Shown here one piece after another: positions 38,185-51,329 of a stretch of 64,000 bases of DNA. The position numbers and the translations under genes are program-made. The notes below the pieces were generated by a model. It had not been told where the DNA came from and searched no databases. It saw only the letters and a list, made by a program, of their open reading frames with translations. Origin of the DNA: Sinanodonta woodiana (taxonomy: Eukaryota); contig CM100994.1 in NCBI GenBank assembly GCA_046254885.1, positions 93,894,727-93,958,726 of the forward strand, written 5' to 3'. Position 1 is the stretch's first letter. Every line of letters starts with the position of its first letter.

Positions 38185-38237
<53 letters not shown>
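38185..38237. repeat. (CA)n microsatellite, ~26 repeats
   Basis: Direct reading. Confidence 0.95.
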
Positions 38238-38240
<3 letters not shown>

Positions 38241-39019
38241 CTGTGAAGGAATCTTTTACATGCAAACATGTACTGCATATGGGTACAGTTGACTTTAAAT
38301 GAGGTAAACAAAATTTGGAATGTAACTTTTGTCAGGTAGATGCCATACAGGTATGTTACAACTCCCGCTACTTTGGCTGAATGCCACTATGAAGGCTAAC
38401 AGTCACTACAGTCTTTTCAATCCCAGCTTAATATGTTATCAAAATAGACACTGCCAATATTTCCCCCTTGTCCTATTGGAGTATCAGGTAGTCAGCCAAT
38501 AAATAGTGTGCTACCATTCAATATTACTTCCAAAGACTGAATCAGTTATTTGTAACGGTTTCTCACAGAGTGGCATGGTGGATTTAGTTTTGCTTTATGA
38601 ATTTGTTCTAGTTTTTTGGGATAAAACACAGGACACCTTAGAGTCATTCAAAAAGGTATGAATGTTGATTGATTGATTATTGGTTGAGGTTCCATTTAAC
38701 AGGTGAAGTTGATAATTACTACTATAGTTAGTGTGTTGTCAAAATATTTCCTTGCAACACTACCTACATGCAAAGTGTCAATTATATGTATAAAATATGA
38801 TACACCAGGTTCATGTATTATTTATTTTCAGAATAAACATGCAGCTAACAAGATATTCATTCATATATGAGTCTACTTTCTACATGTAATTGATCACTAA
38901 TGTAATTGATCACTTTATTATTTGTCAATCACTTATACAAATTCTTCCTTTCTGCTATTATTTATTTGTATATGTATTTAGACTTTCTGTTTAACATTAT
39001 CTACTTACCATATATACTC

Positions 39020-39235
39020 GCTTATAAGACAAGTCCAATTGCAAACTACACACACCCAGCTCTGCTGACAAATATTACTTGGGTAGATCTGGTTCTGTGC
39101 AGTTTATCTTGACTAGTCTGTAGAACAAACATCATAGAACCTGATATGCAGGTTCATTATGCTAGGGCAGATCAGGATCTTTCTTGTCATTTGACTTTTC
39201 ATTTTAGTGAGTACATATAGTTCCCACCCTTTTAT
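39020..39235. mobile_element. MITE family A copy
   Basis: Left end tatactcgcttataagacaagtccaattgcaaactacacacacccagctctgc. The 3' end is degenerate (ttagtgagtacatata). Confidence 0.6.
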
Positions 39236-39399
39236 TGATCTATCTGGCTAGCCAGATGTACATTGTCCAAAATTTATACTCACAATATTGCCACACAGGG
39301 ACCATCCCAACCTTGTTTCTTTTCAGTTCCTTTGCATAGTAGAGTGATGTGTCAAAACTGAGTAATCACCTTAGTGAAAGAAGTCAATGTCTTCACACT

Positions 39400-42300
39400 T
39401 TTCATATTTTATAGTACTAATCTGACTCAAATGACCCCACACTTTTCATTTTACATATTATGTTTCTGACTCTAATGGCCCCACACTTTTCATTTTATAT
39501 ATTATGTTGCTGACTCAAATGGCCCCACACTTTTCATTTTATATATTATGTTGCTGACTCAAATGGCCCCACACTTTTCATTTTATATATTATGTTGCTG
39601 ACTCAAATGGCCCCACACTTTTCATTTTATATATTATGTTTCTGACTCAAATGGCCCCACACTTTTCATTTTATATATTATGTTGCTGACTCAAAGGGCT
39701 ACACACTTTTCATTTTATATATTATGTTGCTGACTCAAATGGCCCCACACTTTTCATTGTATACATTATGTTTCTGACTCTAATGGCCCCACACTTTTCA
39801 TTTTATATATTATGTTTCTGACTCAAATGGCCCCACACTTTACATCTTATATATTATGTTTCTGACTCAAATGGCCCCACACTTTTCATTTTATATATTA
39901 TGTTGCTGACTCAAATGGCCCCACACTTTTCATCTTATATATTATGTTGCTGACTCAAATGGCCCCACACTTTTCATTTTATATATTATGTTTCTGACTC
40001 AAATGGCCCCACACTTTTCATTTTATATATTATGTTTCTGACTCAAATGGCCCCACACTTTTCATTTTATATATTATGTTGCTGACTCAAATGGCCACAC
40101 ACTTTTCATTTTATATAATATGGTTCTGACTCAAATGGCCCCACACTTTTCATTTTATATATTATGTTTCTGACTCAAATGGTCCCACACTTTTCATCTT
40201 ATATATTATGTTTCTGACTCAAATGGCCCCACACTTTTCATTTTATATATTATGTTGCTGACTCAAATGGCCACACACTTTTCATTTTATATATTATGTT
40301 TCTGACTCAAATGGCCACACACTTTTCATTTTATATAATATGGTTTTGACTCAAATGGTCCCACACTTTTCATCTTATATATTATATTTCTGACTCAAAT
40401 GGTCCCACACTTTTCATCTTATATATTATGTTTCTGACTCAAATGGCCCCACACTTTTCATTTTATATATTATGTTTCTGACTCAAATTGCCCCACACTT
40501 TTCATCTTATATATTATGTTTCTGACTCAAATGGCCCCACACTTTTCATTTTATATATTATGTTTCTGACTCAAATGGCCCCACACTTTTCATTTTATAT
40601 ATTATGTTGCTGACTCAAAGGGCTACATACTTTTCATATATATATTATGTTTCTGACTCAAAGGCCCCCACACTTTTCATTTTATACATTATGTTTCTGA
40701 CTCAAAGGGCCACACACATGTTTCATATATATATTATGTTTCTGACTCAAAGGGCTACACACTTTTCATCATATACATAACTTTTCTGACTAAAAGGGCC
40801 AAACATTTTTCATCTTATACAGTACTATTCTGACTCAAAGGGCCACACTTTTCATCTTATACATTTCATTTCTGACTCAAAGGGCCACACACATTTCATT
40901 GTATACATTATGTTACTTACTCAAATGGCCACACACTTTTCATTTTATACATTATGTTTCTGACTCAAATGGCCCCACACTTTTCATCTTATACATTACA
41001 GTTCTGACTCAAAGGGCTATACACTTTTCATCTTATACATTACAGTTCTGACTCAAAGAACCACACTTTTCATTTTATCATTTTATACATTACTTTTCTG
41101 ACTCAAAGGGCCACACTTTTCATCTTATACATTACAGTTCTGACTCAAAGGGCCACACATTTTATCTTATACATTACAGTTCTGACTCAAAGGGCCACAC
41201 TTTTCATCTTATACATTACAGTTCTGACTCAAAAGGCCACACTTTTCATTTTATACATTACAGTTCTGACTCAAAGGGCCACACTTTTCATTTATACATT
41301 ACTTTTCTGACTCAAATGGCCACACTTTTCATCTTATACATTACAGTTCTGACTCAAAAGGCCACACTTTTCATTTTATACATTACTTTTCTGACTCAAA
41401 GGGCCACACTTTTCATTTTATACATTACTTTTCTGACTCAAAGGGCCACACATTTTATATTATACATTACAGTTCTGACTCAAAGGGCCACACTTTTCAT
41501 CTTATACATTACTTTTCTGACTCAAAAGGCCACACTTTTCATCTTGTACATTACAGTTCTGACTCAAAGGGCCACACTTTTCATCTTATACATTACAGTT
41601 CTGATTCAAAAGGCACACTTTTCATCTTATACATTACTTTTTCTGACTCAAAAGGCCACACTTTTCATCTTATACATTGCAGTTCTGACTCAAAGGGCCA
41701 CACTTTTCATCTTATACATTACAGTTCTGACTCAAAGGGCTATACACTTTTCATCTTATACATTGCAGTTCTGACTCAAAGGGCTATACACTTTTCATTT
41801 TATACATTACTTTTCTGACTCAAAGGGCCACACTTTTTATCTTATACATTACAGTTCTGACTCAAAGGGCTATACACTTTTCATCTTATACATTGCAGTT
41901 CTGACTCAAAGGGCCACACTTTTCATCTTATATGTTGCAGTTCTGACTCAAAGGGCTATACACTTTTTATCTTATACATTACAGTTCTGACTCAAAGGGC
42001 TGTACACTTTTCATCTTATACATTACAGTTCTGACTCAAAGTGCCACACTTTTCATCTTATACATTACAGTTCTGACTCAAAGGGCTGTACACTTTTCAT
42101 CTTATACATTACAGTTCTGACTCAAAAGGCCACACTTTTCATCTTATACATTATAGTTCTGACTCAAAGGGCTATACACTTTTCATCTTATATATTACTT
42201 TTTCTGACTCAAAGGGCCACACTTTTCATCTTATACATTACAGTTCTGACTCAAAGGGCTATACACTTTTCATCTTATACATTGCAGTTCTGACTCAAAG

Positions 42301-43545
42301 GGCCACACTTTTCATCTTATACGTTGCAGTTCTGACTCAAAGGGCTATACACTTTTCATCTTATACATTACAGTTCTGACTCAAAGGGCTGTACACTTTT
42401 CATCTTATACATTACAGTTCTGACTCAAAGTGCCACACTTTTCATCTTATACATTACAGTTCTGACTCAAAGGGCTGTAAACTTTTCATCTTATACATTA
42501 TAGTTCTGACTCAAAGGGCCACACTTTTCATTTTATACATTACTTTTCTGACTCAAAGGGCCACACTTTTCATTTTATACATTACTTTTCTGACTCAAAG
42601 GGCCACACTTTTCATTTTATACATTACTTTTCTGACTCAAAGGGCCACACATTTTATCTTATACATTACTTTTCTGACTCAAAAGGCCACACTTTTCATC
42701 TTATACATTACAGTTCTGACTCAAAGGGCCACACTTTTCATCTTATACATTACAGTTCTGATTCAAAAGGCACACTTTTCATTTTATACATTACTTTTCT
42801 GACTCAAAGGGCCACACTTTTCATTTTATACATTACTTTTCTGACTCAAAGGGCCACACATTTTATCTTATACATTACAGTTCTGACTCAAAGGGCCACA
42901 CTTTTCATCTTATACATTACTTTTCTGACTCAAAAGGCCACACTTTTCATCTTATACATTACAGTTCTGACTCAAAGGGCCACACTTTTCATCTTATACA
43001 TTACAGTTCTGATTCAAAAGGCACACTTTTCATCTTATACATTACAGTTCTGACTCAAAGGGCCACACTTTTCATTTTATACATTACTTTTCTGACTCAA
43101 AAGGCCACACTTTTCATCTTATACATTACAGTTCTGACTCAAAGGGCCACACTTTTCATCTTATACATTACAGTTCTGACTCAAAGGGCTGTACACTTTT
43201 CATCTTATACATTACAGTTCTGACTCAAAAGGCCACACTTTTCATCTTATACATTATAGTTCTGACTCAAAGGGCTATACACTTTTCATCTTATATATTA
43301 CTTTTTCTGACTCAAAGGGCCACACTTTTCATCTTATACATTGCAGTTCTGACTCAAAGGGCCACACTTTTCATCTTATACATTACAGTTCTGACTCAAA
43401 GGGCTGTACACTTTTCATCTTATACATTACAGTTCTGACTCAAAGGGCCACACTTTTCATCTTATACATTACAGTTCTGACTCAAAGGGCTATACACTTT
43501 TCATCTTATACATTACAGTTCTGATTAGAGAGGCTCTCACTTTTA
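39400..43545. repeat. Satellite, ~44-bp unit, ~94 copies over ~4.1 kb. There are two subfamily domains: type A (tctgactcaaatggccccacacttttcattttatatattatgtt) from about 39400-40600, and type B (ttctgactcaaagggccacacttttcatcttatacattacag) from about 41000-43545, with a transition zone between.
   Basis: Period 44 measured in both halves (39481/39525 and 42005/42049). The track ORF 41316-41774 is a translation artefact. Confidence 0.95.
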
Positions 43546-43884
43546 ATGTTTTACAATACTTTTCTGACTAGGGACACATAATATAGGTTTTAAAGGAAGA
43601 AACTCAGATTTTGTTTTGATTATACATAAGTGGAGAGTCAGATTGTTGAAATAATGGCACAGTACATTGTTAACAATTCTTTAATCCTTTACATTCCAAA
43701 TGACAACTTTATACCACAATGTTACATGCAGTGTTAGTAAATACATGTAGTCAGACCTGTCTTTGACAATACCCTTTATGACCAGTATAAAATGGCCAGT
43801 ACATAATTATTCTCTTACTACTGCATGGGTAATTCTGAAAACTAATCAGACTTTATTTATTTAGCATATCATGGTATATAATAA

Positions 43885-44070
43885 TTAGTCAAACCAGCTG
43901 CAAAACTGCACAAACCCAGATCGTCCATTGCATAATGACTGGCAGATGTTGGTCTCTGCAGGTTGTTTTAGAGCAATCACTAGTACAAACATATATTTGC
44001 TGGTGCATGTTGCAATGGGAGATCAAGGTCTGTGTTATTTGTGGTAGAACTCAACTGAGAATGTTCAAGA
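43885..44070. mobile_element. MITE family A copy (degenerate ends)
   Basis: Shares aaccagctgcaaaactgcacaaacccagatc...gcataatgactggcagatgttggtctctgcagg with the family core. Confidence 0.5.
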
Positions 44071-44329
44071 GGTAACTATTACAGTGGCCAATATTATGCT
44101 TGCAAACACATGACATCCTATTGCCATGACACAGATAGTCACAAGCATGGTTAATATATGGAATTTTCCAGAAGGAAGCTTTAATCCATATGTTGTAAAT
44201 AAAAGCATACTTTCAACAAATGATAGTAATTATCACAATATTTTAATTATCGTTTATGCCAATATTTACTCTCTATACTTGAGAGGAGACATAGTTTCCA
44301 CACAATAGCTTTAGTCTTCCATGATTTAA

Positions 44330-44655
44330 AGTAGGTACCAGAATTTTGTGGATATCTTGTACATGGGTTACAGAAGTTGGAACCAGATTTTGTGGATATC
44401 TTATACTTGGGTTACTGAAGTAGGTACCAAATTTTGTGGATATCTTGTACATGGGTTACTGAAGTAGGTACCAGATTTTGTGGATATCTTGTACATGGGT
44501 TACAGAAGTTGGTACCAGATTTTGTGGATATCTTGTATATGGGTTACTGAAGTAGGTACCAGATTTTGTAGATATCTTGTACATGGGTTACAGAAATTGG
44601 TACCAGATTTTGTGGATATCTTGTATATGGGTTACAGAAGTAGGTACGAGATTTT
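44330..44655. repeat. Satellite, 44-bp unit (ggatatcttgtacatgggttacagaagttggtaccagattttgt), ~7 copies. A solo copy follows at 44843-44878.
   Basis: Period 44 (ggatatcttg recurs at 44350 and 44394). Confidence 0.9.
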
Positions 44656-45124
44656 GTTTTATTTGTTTGTTTTTATGGTTTAACACCATTTTAAGCACAA
44701 AATAGGCTATACATGGCAGCCAGTATTGTTGATGGAGGAAGAACCTGGAAAAACCAGGGAAGGAACTACCGACCCATGAGAAGCTACTGGCAAGCTTTCT
44801 CACATAACTACATTAGCTGAATCTTAGACTGATAGACAGAGGTGGATATCTTGTACATAGGTTACAGAAGTATCTTATTATTTTCAAAAAGTAAGGTCAA
44901 GGTCACTTTAATGAATTTTTTTAAATGGTTTTACATAAAAATTATATTTTCCATCAAAATGTTTTGGATGGTTTGCACATGGAAAAAAAGAAAAGCTGAT
45001 TTTTGGGTCAAAAAGTTCTCTGCACAACTTTAGGTTTCTGCCTTTTTCAATTATTAGTCTTTGTGTATGGCTTGTTCTTTGGGTAAGAAAGAACCCTATT
45101 AATTTTAAGGTAAGTAGGTCCAAG

Positions 45125-45735
45125 GTCAGAGCTTCTATTATACTTAACATTACTATCACATAATATACCACTGGGATCCATCCATTTTACTTAGTATTAC
45201 TATCACATAATATAAAGGGATCCATCCATTAAACTTAAAATTACTATCACATACTATAAAGGGATCCATCCATTATTGTACTTAATATTACTATCACATA
45301 ATATAAAGGGATCCAAACATTATACTTAATATTACTATCACATACTATAAAGGGATCCATCCATTATACTTAATATTACTATCACTTAATATAAAGGGAT
45401 CCAAACATTATGCACAATATTACTATCACATAATTTGCTGGGATCCATCCATTTTACTTAGTATTACTATCAAATTATATAAATGGATCCTCCATTATAC
45501 TTAATATTACTATCACATAATATAAAGGAATCCAAACATTATACTTAATATTGCTATCAAATAATATAAAGGGATCCATCCATTATACCTGATATTACTC
45601 TCATATAATATAACGGGATCCCTCCATTATACCTGATATTACTATCATATAATATAAAGGGATCCATCCATTATACTTAATATTACTATCATATAATATA
45701 AAGGGATCCATCCATTATACTTAATATTACTACAA
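45125..45735. repeat. Satellite, 44-bp unit (gggatccatccattatacttaatattactatcacataatataaa), ~13 copies
   Basis: Period 44 (gggatcc recurs at 45217, 45261, 45308 and 45352). Confidence 0.9.
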
Positions 45736-46439
45736 AGACACGCAATAGTAAGAGATCACTTTTTTTTATAAAATTTGTTAAGGATACCTTCTTGCCTAGA
45801 GAATATTGTGTGGCCTGTTTGGTGTCCTCTTAAGGTTATTTCATTGGAGTTAATGAAATGCAGCAATTACAGCCTTTTTCATGGGACAGTAAAAACTGTA
45901 GATTGTGATGCATTCTGCTATGAATGCTTGAAGGTTCAAAGGTTAACATTCTTAGCCCACATTAATCTCTTGACTTCATTCTTTTCTATTTGATGTAAAT
46001 TATTAATTATTGTTAATTGTATACAATTATTTATTCTTTCAGTGCAGGACTGGCTAGGATGTATACCTGATCACCAGAATCAGCACTTGGTTGTTTTGGA
46101 TTTATCATGTCAACACTGTTTAAGAATGTGCGACAGGTAGGTTCATTTCAGTCGTGTGCAGTCCAATTTGTTTTGACATGTCTAATGAAGTTAATTGTCT
46201 ATTAATTAACTACAGCTGATTAAACTCACTGCTAGGTCTTTTTGTTCAGAAAACCAGATCAACATATGGTAATGTATTTTAATCTTTAGCATAGCTTTGA
46301 TGCTAAGAACACCAAAAGAAACAAAACTTTGGTTGGAAGATGCAATGGTGTATACAAAATCCTGTTATTGAGAAAACAAATGCCACATTGGACTGAGACT
46401 TAGAATGCTTAGTGTAAGATTAAAGTCATGCTAGACAGG

Positions 46440-47700
46440 GAGCTTGAATAATAAGTTTTACATTTAAATGTTAAATTAAGGCTACATAACTCAGTGGGCT
46501 TAAATAGGGTTAAAGTAAGGCTACATAACTCAGTGGGCTTGAATAGGGTTAAAGTATAAGGTTACATAAAACAGTGGGCTTGAATAGGGTTAAAGTATCA
46601 GGCTACATAAAACAGTGGGCTTGACTAGGGTTAAATTAAGGCTACATAAAACAGTGGGCTTGACTAGGGTTAAATTAAGGCTACATAAAAGAGTGGGCTT
46701 GACTAAAGTTAAATTAAGGCTCAGCCGCTACACAAAACAGTGGGCTTGAATAAGGTTAAATTATGGCTACACAAAACATTGGGCTTGAATAGGGTAAACT
46801 GGGCTTGATTAGGGTTAAAATAAGGCTACATAAAACAGTTGGATTGAATAGGGATTAATTAAGGCTACATAACTCAGTGGGCTTGAATAGGGTTAAATTA
46901 AGGCTACATAACTCAGTGGGCTTGAATATGGTTAAATTAATGCTACATAACTCAGTAGGCTTGAATAGGGTTAAATTAAGGCTACATAACTCAGTGGGCT
47001 TGAATAGGGTTAAATTAAGGCTACATAAAACAGTGGGCTTGAATAGGGTTAAATTAAGGCTACATAAAACTGTGGGCTTGAATAGGGTTAAATTAAGGCT
47101 ACATAACTAGGGTTAAATTAAGGCTACATAACTCAGTGGGCTTGAATAGGGTTAAATTAAGGCTACATAACTCAGTGGGCTTGAATAGGGTTAAATTAGG
47201 GCTACATAACTCAGTGGGCTTGAATAGGGTTAAATCAAGGCTACATAACTCAGTGGGCTTGAATATGGTTAAATTAGGCTACATAACTCAGTGGGCTTGA
47301 ATATGGTTAAATTACGGCTACATAACTCAGTGGGCTTGAATAGGGTTAAATTAAGGCTACATAACTCAGTGGGCTTGAATAGGGTTAAATTAAGGCTACA
47401 TAAAACAGTGGGCTTGAATAGGGTTAAATTAAGGCTACATAACTAGGGTTAAATTAAGGCTAGATAACTCAGTGGGCTTGAATAGGGTTAAATTAGGGCT
47501 ACATAACTCAGTGGGCTTGAATAGGGTTAAATCAAGGCTACATAACTCAGTGGGCTTGAATAGGGTTAAATTAAGGCTACATAACTCAGTGGGCTTGAAT
47601 AGGGTTAAATTAAGGCTACATAAAACAGTGGGCTTGAATAGGGTTAAATTAAGGCTACATAAAACAGTGGGTTTGACTAAGGTTAAATTAAGGCTACATT
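46440..47700. repeat. Satellite, 39-bp unit (gggcttgaatagggttaaattaaggctacataactcagt), ~32 copies. Both sides are flanked by degenerate, longer-period relatives (46370-46440 and 47690-47880).
   Basis: Period 39 (gctacataa recurs at 46981 and 47020). Track ORFs 46877-47110 and 47472-47714 are artefacts (39 bp = 13 codons). Confidence 0.9.
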
Positions 47701-48170
47701 GGATAGTGACTTAGAGTACTTAGTGCTACTTTAAGGCCATGCTGGACAGTGAGTTTTAATAGCTTATGTTAAATTAAAGCTGTTTTGGACAATGATTTAG
47801 AACACTAAGTGTTAAATTTTGGCCACATTAGAAGTAGGCTTGAATACTTAGTGTCAAATCCAGCATTTGGTGTCTCCCACGATAAACCTAGGAGCCAGAC
47901 TAGTAAATGTCTTAAAACTATGGGTCATGCCAAAAAAAAAGCTATTCTTGATAAAGATTGGCCACAATTTTGGAACAGTGTGGTTTGCTTATGTGAAGCA
48001 TGTGTTTTTGATGGATAAATATGATAAAATATTTGCCACACTTTTGTTGCAATGGGATGGGCTTATCATCAGGCATGGGTTTATTATTGGAAAACTATGG
48101 TAATTTGGCCAAGATCTATAAAGTATCATACCTAATTTAAACAGACCCATTTTTATTTATAAGTTTTTGA

Positions 48171-48240
48171 TATGACTTGGCCAGGGTTTGAACTCATGAC
48201 CTCCCACATCTGAAGCCGATGCTTTAAGCACTTAGGTCTA
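48171..48240 (-). repeat. Short dispersed repeat with a tRNA B-box-like motif (SINE-like fragment). Homologous to 57895-57990.
   Basis: The minus-strand reading ...cagatgtgggaggtcatgagttcaaaccctggccaagtcata is about 85% identical to ...tagatgcagtaggtcatgagtttgaaccctggctgagtcata at 57921-57963. Confidence 0.35.
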
Positions 48241-49174
48241 AAACATTTATAATGAATAAAAAGACTTGGGTCCAGTTTGCCTTTCTTACCTTCCTTTCAA
48301 AGTAGTAAAATTTGTATAATATTCATACATCACAATTTGGCTTGCTAAAACCCCTTTTCAAGGGCTTACTGAAGATTTGGGAGAAGGGGCATAAACTAAT
48401 TCTGCCCAGATATGCCAATTGTTGTATATAAATTGAAAACATGTATATGTCTGAAATGAGACACACATATATTTTTGGCAGAGGTAATGATTTGTACAAC
48501 ATTAGACAGTAACAGGAGTGTCATGTGTAAACATTTTCTACAAAAGAAATAATAAATCAAAATGTAAGACCATATTTATCATCATTAGACCTATTTAAAA
48601 ACAGTTGATATTTGACCCATCAAGTAATGATGTTACTGATTTAGGTAGATATCAATGGGGTATTAAATGTACCCCCCCCCCCCCAGCCCGGATTTATTTT
48701 GTTATCATATGGTCCTTGTGTGGCACAGAGTCAAAAGCTTGTCTATATCGATCTCTTTGAAATCCACCCTTATATTTTAAGAATGATAGAGAGTTTTCTC
48801 AGATGAGTTGACTTGAGCTGCAACTAAGGGTTAAGTTTTTGTGGTGTCACTGAACTAAAGATACACATTCATATTGATCTTTTTGATGTTTTTTATTTAG
48901 TTGACAATTTATCTCAATCTGGGATGTCTTTTATGCACTGAATTCAAACTTTGTTTGTTTAATATGCCACTTATGTAAACAACAAATCTATCTTGTCAGC
49001 TAATAGGCAATACAACCCTATCAAAGCATTCACTTCTAACAGTTTGTTTAGTGTCATATAATCCCATGTATGCATCTCCCATGGTCTCATCACTACCATA
49101 TGTGCTCATCTCCTAATGCACCAGCAGATTGTTTATATATTCCTTTTTATAATTCTGATTTCAAATGCAGATCT

Positions 49175-50221
49175 AGATCAGTCATGATTTAATATGCCAT
49201 CAGTTCTGGGTCCAAGCTGTTCACTGTACTTCTGATTTAATGGACAGACTCTGATCTTGTCATATAGTACACCATCAGGTCTGGGTCATAGCTGTTCACT
49301 GTGATGCTGATTTCAAGGACAGACCATGATATGTCATATAGTACACCATCAGGTCTGGGTCCAAGCTGTTCATTGTGCTACTGATTTCAAGAACAGACCA
49401 TGCTCTGTCATATGGTACACCATCAGGTCTGGATTATAACTGTTCACTGTGCTACTGATTTCAAGAACAGACCATGATATGTCATATAGTACACCATCAG
49501 GACTGGATCATAACTGTTCACTGTACTGCTGATTTCAAGAACAGACCATGATATGTCATATAATACACCATCCAAGCCGTTCACTGTAATGCTGATTTCA
49601 AGGACAGACACTAATCATGTCTTATAGTACACCATCAGGACTGAGGCGTAGCTGTTCACTGTAATGCTGATTTCAAGGACAGACCCTGATCTTGTCATAT
49701 AGTACACCATCAGGTCTGGGTCATAGCTGTTCACTGTAATGCTGATTTCAAGGACAGACCCTGATCTTGTCATATAGTACACCATCAGGTCTGGGTCATA
49801 GCTGTTCACTGTAATGCTGATTTCAAGGACAGACCCTGATCTTGTCATATAGTACACCATCAGGTCTGGGTCATAGCTGTTCACTGTGATGCTGATTTCA
49901 AGGACAGACCCTGATATGTCAATATAGTACACCATCAGGTCTGGGTCATAGCTGTTCACTGTGATGCTGATTTCAAGAATAGACCCTGATATGTCATATT
50001 GTACACCATCAGGTCTGGGTCCAAACTGTTCACTGTACTGCTGATTTCAAGGACAGACCATGATATGTCATATAGTACACCATCAGGTCTAGGTCCAACC
50101 TGTTCACTGTGATGCTGATTTCAAGGACAGACCATGATATGTCATATAGTACACCAGCAGGTCTGGGTCAAAGCTGTTCACCATACTACTGATTCAAAGA
50201 CAGACCACGATATGTCATATA
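49175..50221. repeat. Satellite, 75-bp unit (agaccctgatcttgtcatatagtacaccatcaggtctgggtcatagctgttcactgtaatgctgatttcaaggac), ~14 copies. It continues for ~3 copies at 50609-50815 after an insertion.
   Basis: Period 75 (agacc recurs at 49681 and 49756). Track ORF 49615-49959 is an artefact (75 bp = 25 codons). Confidence 0.9.
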
Positions 50222-50223
50222 AT

Positions 50224-50606
50224 CAGGGTTCCTGCGGGTCATGGAATCCTGGAAAAGTTTTGGAATTTAAAAAATAAATTTCAAGGGCCCTGAAAAGTAA
50301 TGTAATTTGTCAAAACCTTGCAAAGTTTTGGAAAAGTCATGGAATTTCTGACAAGGGAGTTAAAGAAATTGATTACTTCAAATTTCTACACAAAGTCAAG
50401 GTGTGCAAGCCCAGATAAATTTAAAATGGACATGTTAAAAATATTTTTCATTAACTTATTTGTTATTTTTCATTGATAAATGTCATTATTCATATTAATT
50501 TACTTCACAGTGCAAGATAGTGTGGTCCTTGAGTTTTGTGAAATGGTCCTGGAAAAGTTTTGGAAAAGTCATGGAATTTATTTTTGTTAAATCTGCAGGA
50601 ACCCTG
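50224..50606. mobile_element. Non-autonomous DNA transposon (383 bp) with a 12-bp TIR CAGGGTTCCTGC and internal subterminal repeats, inserted into a 75-bp satellite monomer with TATAAT duplicated at both flanks
   Basis: Left terminus cagggttcctgc at 50224-50235. The right terminus gcaggaaccctg at 50595-50606 is its exact reverse complement. tataat lies immediately 5' (50218-50223) and 3' (50607-50612). Removing the insert restores the monomer gtcatataatacaccagc. Three internal copies of tcatggaat(c)ctggaaaagttttggaa. Confidence 0.7.
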
Positions 50607-50608
50607 TA

Positions 50609-50815
50609 TAATAAACCAGCTGGTCTGGGTCCAAGCTGTTCGTTGTACTACTGATTTCAAGGACAGCCCATGCTCTGTCATATAATACACCAGCAGGACT
50701 GGGTCCAAGCTGTTCGTTGTACTACTGATTTCAAGGACAGCCCATGCTCTGTCATATAATACACCAGCAGGACTGGGTCCAAGCTGTTCATTGTACTACT
50801 GATTTCAAGTACACA
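50609..50815. repeat. Continuation of the 75-bp satellite after the insertion (~3 copies)
   Basis: Same monomer as 49175-50221. Confidence 0.9.
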
Positions 50816-50937
50816 TATATGGTATCATTAACATTATTGTTTTTGCCTGGTTACAAGAGAGTGCTGCACCCAGTACCCCCTAGGTGGTGTCTTGTTCTCT
50901 CTTGGAGTCTGCCATGTCTTAAATCTCTGAAAATTGA

Positions 50938-51118
50938 ATACCACATATACTTGCTTATAAGTTGATTCAAACTGCAAGCAACAAAGATCCAGATTTGGCA
51001 TAACATCATATGCCTGTAAATCAGGGTCTGTGTTGTTTATTATACTGATTATTCCTTACAAACTGCACAGACCCATATCTGCATGTGTGCAGCTTGTAGT
51101 TAGACTCGAGGTTTAAGC
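50938..51118. mobile_element. MITE family A copy
   Basis: Left end atacttgcttataagttgattcaaactgcaagcaacaaagatccagatttgg. Right end ...gactcgaggtttaagcaagtttata. Internal cagggtctgtg...ctgcacagacccatatctg. Confidence 0.6.
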
Positions 51119-51329
51119 AAGTTTATATGGTATAAAGAAAATGAAATGGTAGTATTTATTCTACATGTTCATTTGTGCATTGAGCTAGCATTATCTGTTT
51201 TGTTGCATACTGTGCATCTAGTACCATATATGCACAATGAAGTGTATACAAATACTTACCAATAGAGGTACATATCATCAGATTTTTTTTTACAGCATTT
51301 GCAAGGACCTAACATGTAACTAGTACTAT

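Noticed and set aside
48171-48240. Possible tRNA gene (GAGTTCAAACCC B-box-like motif). Also 57921-57963.
   Set aside because: Acceptor and T stems cannot be paired and no canonical D arm is found. More consistent with a SINE-like or tRNA-derived fragment, so called as a low-confidence repeat instead.
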